A DNA stretch of 64,000 nucleotides from Candidatus Multivorans sp. GTDB lineage: Bacteria; Acidobacteriota; Thermoanaerobaculia; Multivoradales; Multivoraceae. The position numbers and the translations under genes were made by a program. Shown here piece after piece: positions 17,860 to 27,235 of the stretch; within the stretch, counting starts at the first letter, position 1, and every line of letters starts with the position of its first letter. Location: NCBI GenBank assembly GCA_965247095.1, contig OZ251997.1, forward strand, positions 1,120,001 through 1,184,000, read 5' to 3'. The notes below the pieces were generated by a model that was given only the letters and a program-made list of their open reading frames with translations, did no database searches and had not been told where the DNA came from.

Positions 17860-17934
17860 TGGAGCGGGAAACGGGATTCGAACCCGCGACCCCAACCTTG
17901 GCAAGGTTGTGCTCTACCACTGAGCTATTCCCGC
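17860..17934 (-). tRNA. tRNA-Gly(GCC)
   Basis: GCGGGAA acceptor, anticodon GCC, encoded CCA; first gene of the conserved Gly-Cys-Leu cluster. Confidence 0.96.
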
Positions 17935-17978
17935 GCCGGAGCGAATCCGCCGGACAACCGGCAGGCACTGAATCGCGG

Positions 17979-18008
17979 AGGATACGGCCCCCTCTCCGGC
18001 ACTGTCAA
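17979..18008 (-). promoter_or_regulatory. Sigma70-type promoter of the tRNA Gly-Cys-Leu operon
   Basis: Minus strand TTGACA-18 nt-TATCCT followed by a GC-rich discriminator. Confidence 0.7.
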
Positions 18009-18041
18009 CTCGCGGGCGCTCCGCGGGCGTTCCACGGGCTG

Positions 18042-18461
18042 CTAGAGCCAGCTTCGCCTGCCCGTGTCGTCGACGGTGAAGGCGTCGGCATAGTGAGTGA
18101 ACCGCCACTGGCCCTGCTCGGGCTGCCAGGTCGCCGCCACGACGTCGAAGCGGCAGGGACCGAGCCGCAGCGGCGTCCGCTCCGGGGCGCTCAGGTAGGC
18201 CTCCGCCGCCCGGACCAGGCGTCGCCGCTTGCGACGGTCCACCGCCGCGGCCGCGCCCCCGAAACGCGGGTCGAAGCGGGCCTTGACCTCGACGAAGCAG
18301 AGCGTGTCTCCGTCCATCGTGACCAGGTCCAGTTCGCCGGCAACGGTGTCGACGTTCCGCCCCACGATCCGATGCCCCCTTTTCCGCAGCAGGTCAGCCG
18401 CGGCCTGCTCGGCCTCCGCACCGCTCAGACGCGGTTCATCTTCCACTGGCGCTCGGCTCAT
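18042..18461 (-). CDS. YraN family (UPF0102) protein
   Basis: GAEAEQAA..L...G.RIVGRN, GELDLV, FVEVKAR, CRFDVV. Confidence 0.92.
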   Translation of the reverse strand: MSRAPVEDEPRLSGAEAEQAAADLLRKRGHRIVGRNVDTVAGELDLVTMDGDTLCFVEVKARFDPRFGGAAAAVDRRKRRRLVRAAEAYLSAPERTPLRLGPCRFDVVAATWQPEQGQWRFTHYADAFTVDDTGRRSWL

Positions 18462-18470
18462 GCGGATCGG

Positions 18471-19916
18471 TCAGGACCGCTTCCAGCGACTGCCGCCCGG
18501 AGTGTCCTCCACCACCACACCGGCGGCCGCGAGTTCGTCGCGGATGCGGTCCGCGGCAGCGAAGTCCCGCGCCGCTCTCGCCTCGCTCCTGGCCTCCACC
18601 AACCTGTCGATCTCCGCGTCGCTTGGGCCGCCGTCCGCCTCTCCCGACCCCGAGCCGGAGTCCCCTGCCCAGGCGCCGGCGTCCAACACCGCAAGCACCT
18701 GATCGGCTCGTTCCAGCGCGCCCTCCACACGATCCGTGGCGCCGGCGGGCAGGCCCCGGTCGATGATCCCGTTCACGTCGTGCACGAATCGGAACACGGC
18801 GCCGAGGGCGGCGGAAGTGTTCAGATCGTCGGCCAGAGCGGCGGCAAAACCGCCCTCGAACCCCGCCACAGCCGCCTCGAGCGGCGCCGTGCCGCCGGCC
18901 GTGCCGCCCGCCTGCTCCGCCTCATGGGCGAGCCGGAACCGCATGTCGTCGATCCGCTTCAGCGCCCGTTCCGCCTCCGCGACCTTGGCGAACGTGAAAT
19001 CGAGTTGCTGCCGGTAGTGGACCGAGATCAGCAGGTAGCGAATCGAACGGGCCGGTAGACCCCTGCCCTGAAGATCGCCAAGCGTGTGGCAGTTGCCGAG
19101 CGACTTGGACATCTTCTCGCCGTCGACTGTCAGGTGTTCGGAGTGCAGCCAGCAACGGGCGAGCGGGCTGCCGTTCGCCGATTCACTCTGGGCGATCTCG
19201 TTCTCGTGATGCGGAAACAGGTTGTCGACCCCTCCACAGTGGATGTCGAAGGTTGTGCCCAGGTACTTCTGGCTCATCGCCGAGCACTCGATGTGCCAAC
19301 CCGGGCGACCGGGGCCCCAGGGCGATGCCCACTCCGGTTCGCCCTCCTTGGCGCCCTTCCAGAGAACGAAGTCGCGCGCATCCTCCTTGCCGTACTCGTC
19401 GCTCTGCACGCGCGCGCCACGCCGCACCTGGTCGAGGTCGATTCCCGACAGCTTGCCGTAGTCGGCGTCGGCGGCGATGCGGAAGAACACCGAGTCGTCG
19501 GCCCGGTACGCGTAGCCCTCCTCCAGCAACTGCTCGACCATCGCGATCATCTCGTCGATGTGGGCCGTGGCCCGGGGGTAGTGCTCAACACGCTCGATCT
19601 GAAGAGCGGACAGGTCCTCGAAGAAGGATCTGACGTGGGGCGCGGTGAAGTCGCCGATGTCGACGCCGGCCGCAATCGCCGCGGCGATGATCTTGTCCTC
19701 GACATCGGTCAGGTTCATTGCCTGCGTCACCCGGTACCCGAAGAACCTGAGCGCCCTCCGCAGCACGTCCTCGAACACGAACGTGCGCAGGTTGCCGATG
19801 TGGGCCCGGTCGTAGACGGTCGGGCCGCAGGTGTAGAGCCGGACGTGACCGGGTTCGATCGGCTCGAGTACCTCCAGCCGTCGCCCGAGAGAGTTGTAGA
19901 GCTTCACCGGTTCCAT
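18471..19916 (-). CDS. cysS: Cysteine--tRNA ligase
   Basis: YTCGPTVY, HIGN, GRPGWHIECSAM, FPHHENE, KMSKS. Confidence 0.98.
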   Translation of the reverse strand: MEPVKLYNSLGRRLEVLEPIEPGHVRLYTCGPTVYDRAHIGNLRTFVFEDVLRRALRFFGYRVTQAMNLTDVEDKIIAAAIAAGVDIGDFTAPHVRSFFEDLSALQIERVEHYPRATAHIDEMIAMVEQLLEEGYAYRADDSVFFRIAADADYGKLSGIDLDQVRRGARVQSDEYGKEDARDFVLWKGAKEGEPEWASPWGPGRPGWHIECSAMSQKYLGTTFDIHCGGVDNLFPHHENEIAQSESANGSPLARCWLHSEHLTVDGEKMSKSLGNCHTLGDLQGRGLPARSIRYLLISVHYRQQLDFTFAKVAEAERALKRIDDMRFRLAHEAEQAGGTAGGTAPLEAAVAGFEGGFAAALADDLNTSAALGAVFRFVHDVNGIIDRGLPAGATDRVEGALERADQVLAVLDAGAWAGDSGSGSGEADGGPSDAEIDRLVEARSEARAARDFAAADRIRDELAAAGVVVEDTPGGSRWKRS

Positions 19917-19937
19917 CGAGCGACTCCAAGCCACTTT

Positions 19938-19973
19938 GAACCCGGGTGGCGCGATTCGCGCCACACGCGACCC
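19938..19973. repeat. REP-like palindromic element, copy 1
   Basis: GAACCCGGGTGGCGCGATTCGCGCCACACGCGACCC; 17 nt identical to the element at 63475. Confidence 0.55.
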
Positions 19974-20075
19974 ATTCCGCGCGCCCGTCATCGGGCGCGC
20001 GGATGGCACCGGCGACAGTAGCAACGGCAACAGGGGTGGTCCAGCCGCCGCGACGCCGGGAACGAGCGGACAGGC

Positions 20076-20591
20076 TCAGAGATCGACCTGAATCGTGGCC
20101 CCCGCCCAGTTCAGGGTGATCCGATCCCCGAACCTGTCGAAGGCCTCCTGGGCGGCGAAGTCGAAGCTCCCGCTGCCGTTGGCGACTGCCGTGAAGCGGA
20201 CGACGGCGACCGTACCGCTGCCGTTCAGACCGGCGACCGCGCCGAGATGGGTGGCGCCCACGAGAAGCTGGCCCGGCGCGGTCTCACGGGTCTCCAGGCT
20301 GGGGAACACGCCGCCGCCCGACTCCTCGTAGCGCAGCAGGTTGGCGGGAAACAGGAGCTCGAAGCCCAGACCGTACAGACCTTCGACGCCGGCGGCGTAG
20401 ATCTCGACCTCGAGCGTCGCCCCCAACACCGCGCCGCGCAGCCCGATCGATGTGTCCGCGATCTGCGCCGCCGAAAAGGTGACGCCCCGCGGCGGCGGAG
20501 CAGTTGGCGCGGTCGGGCTTCCTCCTCCACCGTCGCAGGCCACGAGGCACAGCGCCACCAGAAGGGCCGCCCGCTGTACCGGAAAACGCAA
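20076..20591 (-). CDS. Lipoprotein with cohesin-like domain
   Basis: Probable TTG start, lipobox LVAC, Gly/Pro linker, then LEVEIYAAGVEGLYGLGFELLF...NGSGTVAVVRFTA. Confidence 0.7.
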   Translation of the reverse strand: MRFPVQRAALLVALCLVACDGGGGSPTAPTAPPPRGVTFSAAQIADTSIGLRGAVLGATLEVEIYAAGVEGLYGLGFELLFPANLLRYEESGGGVFPSLETRETAPGQLLVGATHLGAVAGLNGSGTVAVVRFTAVANGSGSFDFAAQEAFDRFGDRITLNWAGATIQVDL

Positions 20592-20614
20592 TGGCGCCCT
20601 TTCTGCCGGAGCGC

Positions 20615-21145
20615 TCAGCGTTGCCCGCCGGTGGCTACCGGTTCGCTCGCGCGCAGCCGGCGGAGAAAGCTCCTGGCCCGCTGTCTTCGTAGCCCACGCA
20701 GCCGATCGACGAAGAGCACGCCGTCCAGGTGATCCAGCTCGTGCTGGATCGCCCGCGCCTCGAGCTCCTCCACGTCCATCTCGAAGGGAAGACCCTCCAG
20801 GTCGGTGGCCGCGATACAAACCGTGGCCGGCCGCGTGACCTTCTCCGTGAAGTCGGGAATGGAGAGACAGCCTTCCGTGTCGGTCTGGACGCCGGCAGAG
20901 TCGACGACCCGCGGGTTCACCAGGACCCGCACCGCGTCGGGGTCCATTCCGGCCGTCGCATCGATGACCGCTACGCGCAACTCGACACCGACCTGGGGCG
21001 CGGCAAGGCCGACTCCGGGCGCCTCATGCATCGTCTCGATCATGTCCGCTACCAGGCGTGTCAGATCGGGGCCGAATTCCTCCACCGGTGCGCACTGCAC
21101 CCGCAGCACGGGGTCCGGGTAGAGACGGATCGGAAGAACGGACAT
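20615..21145 (-). CDS. def: Peptide deformylase
   Basis: YPDPVLR, GVGLAAPQVG, EGCLSIP, QHELDHLDG. Confidence 0.97.
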   Translation of the reverse strand: MSVLPIRLYPDPVLRVQCAPVEEFGPDLTRLVADMIETMHEAPGVGLAAPQVGVELRVAVIDATAGMDPDAVRVLVNPRVVDSAGVQTDTEGCLSIPDFTEKVTRPATVCIAATDLEGLPFEMDVEELEARAIQHELDHLDGVLFVDRLRGLRRQRARSFLRRLRASEPVATGGQR

Positions 21146-21504
21146 GCTATCCCTGCGCGGCGCAGGGGGACGGCGCCGATCATACGGGAAGGCCGGCCGC
21201 GGCCTACGCACTGTCCCCACGAATGGACACCGGTGTGACGTTCCCGCTACGGTTCAGCCCGGCCAGTCGCCCCGGCTTTCGCTCCAGCCCTCGCGGTCGT
21301 GCGCCCGGGCAGGGCGTCTGGGGGCACAGCTTCGAGGTCGGCTCTCCCTCGGTCCAGCCAGGCACACCGTATCCACTCTGCTGGCACGCGTATTGCTCGA
21401 CAGTCCTGCAGAAGAGCACGCGCCCAGGACGCCGGGGTTGAACCGACCCCGGCATCAGATTCGCCGGTGGTAGCGTGCAGACTCCGACCCGTTGGAGGAA
21501 AGAG

Positions 21505-23934
21505 ATGAGATTCACCCTCCCGCAAGCCCTCCTGATCGTCCTCGCGGCAGGCGCTGCCGGCGCCGCGCAAGCGCAGCCGGTACAACATGAACGAGGACAA
21601 CTCGACGGCGTCTACAGCCTGGTCGGCGCGCTGGACGGAGACGCGACCCTGTTCGCGGCGCGTTCGGGCGCTCAGAGCGAGTTGGAGATCCACCTGCCGG
21701 TCCTGCGCGGAGACCGAATCTGGACGAGACCGTACGGCCGTCTGGCGGTGTTGATGTCCGACCGCTCGATTCTGGCCCTGGACCACGACAGCGAGGTCAC
21801 GTTCGCCCAGATCGCCGGCTCACCGGACGCCGACGACGCGGACTCCCTCTACGTCCTGCACCGGGGCCGGCTGAGCCTGGAGGTTGCGAACCACTTGCTG
21901 GACTCGGAGCTGCCGACGGTCGACACCACCAACGCCAGGGTCTACGCCAAGCAGGAAGGCCGCTACCAGGTCGAGAGCGACGGCGACAGTTGGACCGAAG
22001 TCGCGGTGCTGGCCGGGTTCGCCGAAGTCGTCACCCAGCGAGGTTCGGTGATCGTCCGCGGTGGCGAAGCGCTCCTGGTTCGGGGCCTCGACGACCCCTG
22101 GATCGAGCTCCAGAGCGGCGCCGGAGCGGCTGCCGCAGCATTGGATCAATGGGCGGAGGGTCACCGTGCCCAACTCGCGGCCTACGCGGCCGTCGATGTC
22201 GACAGCTATGGCTCCGCCTTGACCGGTCATGGCCGGTGGGTCGAAGTCGAGGATCGCCGGGCCTGGAAGCCCGAGGTCGAAGACGACTGGCAGCCCTACA
22301 GCCGGGGCCGCTGGACTCATACGCCCGCCGGACTGTACTGGGTCGCCCGGGACCCCTGGGGTCCGCTCACCTACCACTACGGCAGTTGGAACCGGCACCC
22401 AGGCTACGGTTGGCTCTGGTTTCCGAGCGCCATCTACTCACCCAGCCATGTGTACTGGTACTGGGGGCCGTCCTATGTCGGCTGGATCCCCCGCGGCTAC
22501 TACCAGCGCCACTACCTGGGTCTGGGATTCGGCCTTCGCTACGGCCTCTATGGATGGGCCGGAGGCCTCTGGGATCCCTTCAACACCTGGATCTTCTGTC
22601 CGTCAGGGTACCTGGGCTACGGCCGCGGCTACACATACGGTCGCTCCCTGCGCCGCCGGCATCCGAAGCTTGGCCGCGGCATCATCACGACGGACACGAA
22701 CGGAATCGACTACCGAAACTGGCGGGATCCTGAGGCCGCGCAGCAGGTCCTCCTCGGAAAGCGCCGCGGCATCTCCGAGAGCGAACTCCCTGACGTCACG
22801 GATTTTGTCGCCCGCAGAGCCGACCTGCACGAGTCGCTTCAGACGAGGCTCAGGCGGGTCGACGCCGAACCGGAAACAGTCACGGTGTCCGTCGCCCCAT
22901 CCGATCCCAACCGATCAGGTCTGGTCGGCGTCACCGCCGGAGGTCTCCGGGCGGGTTCCACATCCCAGGTAACGGGCGCCGGACAGAACTCCGCCAAGAG
23001 CGTCACGCTCCGGCGGGCAGTCCCCGGCGAGGTCCGGCGCGCCGGCAGCGGCACCGTCAAAACCACGATCCAACCGCGGAGGGCCGGCTCTGTTCCCACC
23101 GATGCGGCGGCGCCATCCGATGCCACTACCAGGATCCGGCGAGCGGAAACGCCGAAACCCGCACGCGTCAGTAGCGGAGGTCTGACCGCTGCGCCCGCCC
23201 CGAAGCCGACGGTCGCGGTCGAAGCGCCCGGGGGCGCCGGCGAGAAGGCGCCGGTCCGCGTGGCAGCGCCACGGTCCAGTGGAGGAACGATCGATCGCAG
23301 CCGAAGGCCGACGCCGGCGCGCCGCGTGCTCGACGCGATCCGCGGACGGGACGCGGCGCCGAGCGCCCCCCGGACGGCGACTCCCCGATCCAGGCGCCCG
23401 GATCGGGCCGGCACGCCGCGGCCGTCAACCCCGACCCGCACCCGGTCCGCCACCCCGCGGACATCCAGGCCCAAGTCCACCCCGACCCGCACCCGGCCCG
23501 CAACGCCGCGAACCTCGAGCCCGCGCTCCACGCCGCCTCCGCGGACCCGGTCGACGCCGCGCACGTCCACGCCCAAGTCCACACCGACCCGCACCCGGTC
23601 GGCGCCAGCGAGAACCTCGAGCCCGCGCTCCACGCCGCCCCCGCGGACCCGGTCGACGCCGCGCACGTCCACGCCCAAGTCCACACCGACCCGCACCCGG
23701 TCCGCAACGCCGCGAACCTCGAGCCCGCGCTCCACGCCGCCTCCGCGGACCCGGTCAACGCCGCGGACATCCACACCCAAGTCCACACCGACCCGCACCC
23801 GGTCCACGCCAGCGAGAACCTCGAGCCCGCGCTCCACGCCGCCCCCGCGGACGCGGTCGACGCCCCGGAGTTCGTCGCCGCGCTCGTCGTCGCCGTCCAG
23901 CGATAGCGGACGCACGCCGCCCCGCTTGCGCTGA
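21505..23934 (+). CDS. Secreted FecR-like / DUF6600-type protein with Pro/Arg/Thr/Ser repeat tail
   Basis: Signal peptide, FecR-like N-terminus (GDRIWT...), WQPYSRGRW...PWGPLTYHYGSW motif, long low-complexity C-terminus. Confidence 0.8.
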   Translation: MRFTLPQALLIVLAAGAAGAAQAQPVQHERGQLDGVYSLVGALDGDATLFAARSGAQSELEIHLPVLRGDRIWTRPYGRLAVLMSDRSILALDHDSEVTFAQIAGSPDADDADSLYVLHRGRLSLEVANHLLDSELPTVDTTNARVYAKQEGRYQVESDGDSWTEVAVLAGFAEVVTQRGSVIVRGGEALLVRGLDDPWIELQSGAGAAAAALDQWAEGHRAQLAAYAAVDVDSYGSALTGHGRWVEVEDRRAWKPEVEDDWQPYSRGRWTHTPAGLYWVARDPWGPLTYHYGSWNRHPGYGWLWFPSAIYSPSHVYWYWGPSYVGWIPRGYYQRHYLGLGFGLRYGLYGWAGGLWDPFNTWIFCPSGYLGYGRGYTYGRSLRRRHPKLGRGIITTDTNGIDYRNWRDPEAAQQVLLGKRRGISESELPDVTDFVARRADLHESLQTRLRRVDAEPETVTVSVAPSDPNRSGLVGVTAGGLRAGSTSQVTGAGQNSAKSVTLRRAVPGEVRRAGSGTVKTTIQPRRAGSVPTDAAAPSDATTRIRRAETPKPARVSSGGLTAAPAPKPTVAVEAPGGAGEKAPVRVAAPRSSGGTIDRSRRPTPARRVLDAIRGRDAAPSAPRTATPRSRRPDRAGTPRPSTPTRTRSATPRTSRPKSTPTRTRPATPRTSSPRSTPPPRTRSTPRTSTPKSTPTRTRSAPARTSSPRSTPPPRTRSTPRTSTPKSTPTRTRSATPRTSSPRSTPPPRTRSTPRTSTPKSTPTRTRSTPARTSSPRSTPPPRTRSTPRSSSPRSSSPSSDSGRTPPRLR
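23431..23875 (+). repeat. In-frame 102-bp (34-aa) tandem repeat, about 4 copies
   Basis: CCAAGTCCAC recurs at 23471, 23573, 23675 and 23777; unit approximately PTRTRSATPRTSSPRSTPPPRTRSTPRTSTPKST. Confidence 0.92.
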
Positions 23935-24024
23935 GGCGATGCGGCAGCCGGCCGGCGCCGGCGCCACCCAGTCGAGAGGCCCTGAGACCTAGAATGGGTC
24001 TCACATGAGGTCTCCTTCCTGACC

Positions 24025-24327
24025 ATGCGCTGGAGTGCCGCCTGGTCCAGCCTGCTGCGCATTCTCTTCGTGATCTACTGCGTCGAGGCGGGGCTGTTTC
24101 TGGTCATCGCGCCGTGGCGGGAGTTCTGGAACCTGCTGGTCACCAGGTCCGCACTCTCGCAGGCGCATCTGGGGGCGTTTCTCATGCTGCCGTGGGTCCG
24201 CGGCGCGGTCACCGGATTCGGGCTCGTTCATCTCATCTGGGGCATCCACGACCTCGAACGCATTCTCCTCAGCAGGCGTCCGAGCGACCCGGAAGCGCCC
24301 ATCCCGGAACCCGATCGAGCGGAATGA
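24025..24327 (+). CDS. Small hypothetical membrane protein
   Basis: Two TM segments (LFVIYCVEAGLFLVIAPW; VRGAVTGFGLVHLIWG); ATGA overlap with the next gene. Confidence 0.75.
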   Translation: MRWSAAWSSLLRILFVIYCVEAGLFLVIAPWREFWNLLVTRSALSQAHLGAFLMLPWVRGAVTGFGLVHLIWGIHDLERILLSRRPSDPEAPIPEPDRAE

Positions 24328-24953
24328 AGCAGCGGGCCGAAGTTCCGGCGCTAATGGCCATCAGCGACCGGCGCCTGTGCGACGGGGGATCCGGACTGAG
24401 ACGCTGGGCTCTCTCGCTGCCCGCCGGCGCCGCGATCCAGCTCCGCGAGAAGGACCTCGACTCCGAGGCATTGACCGCGATCGGTCGCACTCTGCGGAGC
24501 GCCGCTGCCGGTCTCCTGATCGTCAACGGCAGTCTGGAAGTGGCGGTCTCCTGTGGCGCCGACGGCGTCCACATGCGGTCGGACCAACCATGGGCCGAGT
24601 TGGCCCCGGCGGTCCGCGAGCGGGGCCTGCTGCTCGGTGTGTCGACGCATAGCCAGCGGGAAGTCGAGGCCGCCGTCGATGCCGGTGTCGACTACGCCCT
24701 CTTCGGCCCCGTCTTCGCCTCGCCCCAGAAGCTCCGGTTCGGTGCGCCCCAGGGTCTCGAACGACTGCAGCGGGCTGCGCACGGCGCCCTCCCGATCCTC
24801 GCCGTGGGCGGTGTCGATTCCCGCAACGCGGCTCTTCTGGCCCGCGCGGGCGCACACGGCGTGGCCGCCATCCGGGCCTTTGCCGAAGCCGCCACGGCAG
24901 CGGCTCTCGCAACAGCGTGGGCACGCGCGACTGGTACGATCCCACGCCCGTGA
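24324..24953 (+). CDS. Thiamine phosphate synthase / TenI family protein
   Basis: IQLREKD, GADGVH, GVSTHS, DYALFGPVF, AVGGV, GVAAIR. Confidence 0.88.
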   Translation: MKQRAEVPALMAISDRRLCDGGSGLRRWALSLPAGAAIQLREKDLDSEALTAIGRTLRSAAAGLLIVNGSLEVAVSCGADGVHMRSDQPWAELAPAVRERGLLLGVSTHSQREVEAAVDAGVDYALFGPVFASPQKLRFGAPQGLERLQRAAHGALPILAVGGVDSRNAALLARAGAHGVAAIRAFAEAATAAALATAWARATGTIPRP

Positions 24954-25498
24954 AATCGACCAGCCTCCGAAAGACCAACTGCCTCGTCCTCTCCGCCGGC
25001 GTGCTGGCGCTCGATCAGTGGAGCAAGTTGTGGATCGAAGCCACCCTCGAACTCCACGGACGCCTGCCGGTCCTGCCGGGTTTCTTCGACCTGGTTCACG
25101 TCCAGAACACGGGCATCGCCTTCGGGCTGTTCCCGGCCGGCCGCGAGCTGGCGGGCACGCTTCTGCTCACGGCCCTCGGCTTCGCCGCGCTCACCGTCGT
25201 CTCGCTTTACTTCCGGAGCACCTCGGAGCGCGAGCCGCTGCTCCTGTTTTCCCTCGCCCTGGTGCTGGGAGGGGCCGTCGGCAACCTGGTCGACCGTGTT
25301 CTGTTGCGCGCCGTGACGGACTTCCTGGACGTGTACGTCGGCGCCCACCACTGGCCGGCTTTCAACGTCGCTGACAGCGGAGTGACGGTCGGCATCGTAC
25401 TGATGCTGGCGCACAGTTTCGGACCACTGGTTTGGCGGCGGCCGGGCGCGACGGGAGCGAGCCGCCGGGGGTTGATCCAGGCCCGCACCTCGAAGTGA
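24950..25498 (+). CDS. lspA: Lipoprotein signal peptidase
   Basis: LDQWSK, NTGIAFG, GGAVGNLVDR, VTDFL, FNVADS. Confidence 0.96.
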   Translation: MKSTSLRKTNCLVLSAGVLALDQWSKLWIEATLELHGRLPVLPGFFDLVHVQNTGIAFGLFPAGRELAGTLLLTALGFAALTVVSLYFRSTSEREPLLLFSLALVLGGAVGNLVDRVLLRAVTDFLDVYVGAHHWPAFNVADSGVTVGIVLMLAHSFGPLVWRRPGATGASRRGLIQARTSK

Positions 25499-26544
25499 GT
25501 TCGATAGACCAGACCACGCCGCCGTCCAACACGCTTCCCGAACTCGCCTACCCGTGGCGCCATCTTCGGGCGCCGGCCGCCGCGGCCGGTGAACGGATCG
25601 ACCGCTACCTGGCGCGAGTTCTGGACCTGCCCCGCAACCAGGTTCAGAACCTGCTCCACGACGGCCGCGTGACAGTGAACGGAACGCCGCTCAAGCCCTC
25701 CTACCTGCTGCGCGGCGACGAGCGGATCGACTACCGCATTCCGCCACCCCGGGCCACCGGTCTGGCGCCCGAGACCGGTCCGATCCGGCTGCTCCACCAG
25801 GACGAGCACGTGCTGGTGGTCGACAAGCCGGCCGGACTGATCGTGCATCCCGGCGCCGGCGTTCGGAGCGGCACCCTTGTGAACCGGCTTCTACACCACT
25901 ATCCGGAGATCGCAGGCGTCGGCTCCCCGGAGCGGCCCGGAATCGTCCACCGCCTGGATATGGGCACCAGCGGTGCTCTGGCCATCGCCCGCACCGACCC
26001 GGCCTACCGCAGGTTGAGCCGGGCCTTTGCCGAACGAGAAGTCGGCAAGCTGTACCTGGCGGTCGTCTACGGTCGGCCGGCGCCCGCAACCGGAACGATC
26101 GAACTCCCGATCGGCCGCCACCCCACCGTCCGCACCCGTATGGCCATCGTCCCGGAGTCGCGGGGAGGCCGTCCCGCGACCACCCGCTACCGCGTGCTCG
26201 CATCCGGAACGGGCGTCTCGCTGCTGGAAGTCGAAATCCTTACCGGCAGAACGCACCAGATCCGGGTCCACTGCAAAGCAATCGACCACCCCCTGGTCGG
26301 CGATCCAGGGTACGGCGAAAATCGCTGGCGTGGGCTGCCGCCAGCCTTGCGGCGTTCCCTTCGAGAGTTTCCACGCCCCGCGCTGCACGCCCGGAAACTG
26401 ACGCTCCCTGCCCTTTCCGGCGCGCCTCCCACCAGCTACACGGCCCCCGTGCCGCGGGACCTGCAGGAGCTGTGCGCCGCCTGTGATCTGGCGTCCGGGC
26501 TGCCGACCGACTCGGCGACTTCGCCCGCGAACCCCCTAAGCTGA
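25495..26544 (+). CDS. RluA/RluD family pseudouridine synthase
   Basis: S4 domain, VVDKPAGLIVHP, RPGIVHRLD, TGRTHQIRVH, ALHA. Confidence 0.95.
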   Translation: MSSIDQTTPPSNTLPELAYPWRHLRAPAAAAGERIDRYLARVLDLPRNQVQNLLHDGRVTVNGTPLKPSYLLRGDERIDYRIPPPRATGLAPETGPIRLLHQDEHVLVVDKPAGLIVHPGAGVRSGTLVNRLLHHYPEIAGVGSPERPGIVHRLDMGTSGALAIARTDPAYRRLSRAFAEREVGKLYLAVVYGRPAPATGTIELPIGRHPTVRTRMAIVPESRGGRPATTRYRVLASGTGVSLLEVEILTGRTHQIRVHCKAIDHPLVGDPGYGENRWRGLPPALRRSLREFPRPALHARKLTLPALSGAPPTSYTAPVPRDLQELCAACDLASGLPTDSATSPANPLS

Positions 26545-26964
26545 CTGCGATCCGATCGCCAGCGTGCCGCTCATCTCGATCCTGCCGTTGCAGACCCCGC
26601 CCTCGGCGATCGATACCAGCGGTGCGGCCAGATCCCCCTCGATCGATCCGGAAGGAGCTACCTCGATCTTCTCCGTTGCCCGGACATTGCCCTTCACCTT
26701 GCCGGAGACCTGAACCGAGTGGGCAGTGACATCGCCCTGGATCCGGCCGCGGCGACCGAGAACGAACCGCCCCTTGAGTTCGACGCACCCATCCAGAGCA
26801 CCGTCGACCAGAACCTCCGTTTCGCCGGAGATGCTGCCCTCGATGCGGGAGCCGGCCGCGACGTAGGTACGGGCCGGGCCGGCCGAAGTCGACCTCACCT
26901 CACCGGGGGGCGTCAGTGCGGCCTCCGCCGTCGACTCGTCTGGATCCTTCTTGAAGAACGCCAT
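26536..26964 (-). CDS. Bactofilin (polymer-forming cytoskeletal protein)
   Basis: Beta-helix repeats IEGSI...VDG.LDG...IQGDV...VKGNV...IEGDL...IAEGG. Confidence 0.92.
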   Translation of the reverse strand: MAFFKKDPDESTAEAALTPPGEVRSTSAGPARTYVAAGSRIEGSISGETEVLVDGALDGCVELKGRFVLGRRGRIQGDVTAHSVQVSGKVKGNVRATEKIEVAPSGSIEGDLAAPLVSIAEGGVCNGRIEMSGTLAIGSQSA

Positions 26965-27020
26965 CTACCTTTTCTCCCGATACCGAACTCGGCAGGACTG
27001 AGACCATCTGGACGGGCGGC

Positions 27021-27096
27021 TGGAGCGGGCAACGGGACTCGAACCCGCGACATCCAGCTTGGGAAGCTGGCACTCTACCAACTGAGTTATGCCCGC
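27021..27096 (-). tRNA. tRNA-Gly(CCC)
   Basis: GCGGGCA acceptor, CCAGC-TT-CCC-AA-GCTGG anticodon arm, encoded CCA. Confidence 0.96.
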
Positions 27097-27235
27097 AAGA
27101 GCCGCGCGGACCGCCAAGGTAACCCAGCCACTCGCAGACGGTCAAGCTGCTTTGGCAAGAGCCACCTCCTGCACGCGAGCAGCCTTTAGCTATGATGCTT
27201 CGCCGCACCCTTCCGCGCCTCCGTCCGGTCACTTG

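Noticed and set aside
19917-20075. T-box riboswitch upstream of cysS
   Set aside because: No T-box consensus, specifier stem or terminator, and the region is too short.
22839-24062. 407-aa Gly/Val/Arg repeat ORF on the minus strand
   Set aside because: Antisense of the Pro/Thr/Arg repeat tail of the plus-strand gene.
17585-27096. Prophage or genomic island at the tRNA genes
   Set aside because: No integrase, phage genes or distal att duplication; the flanking genes are housekeeping.
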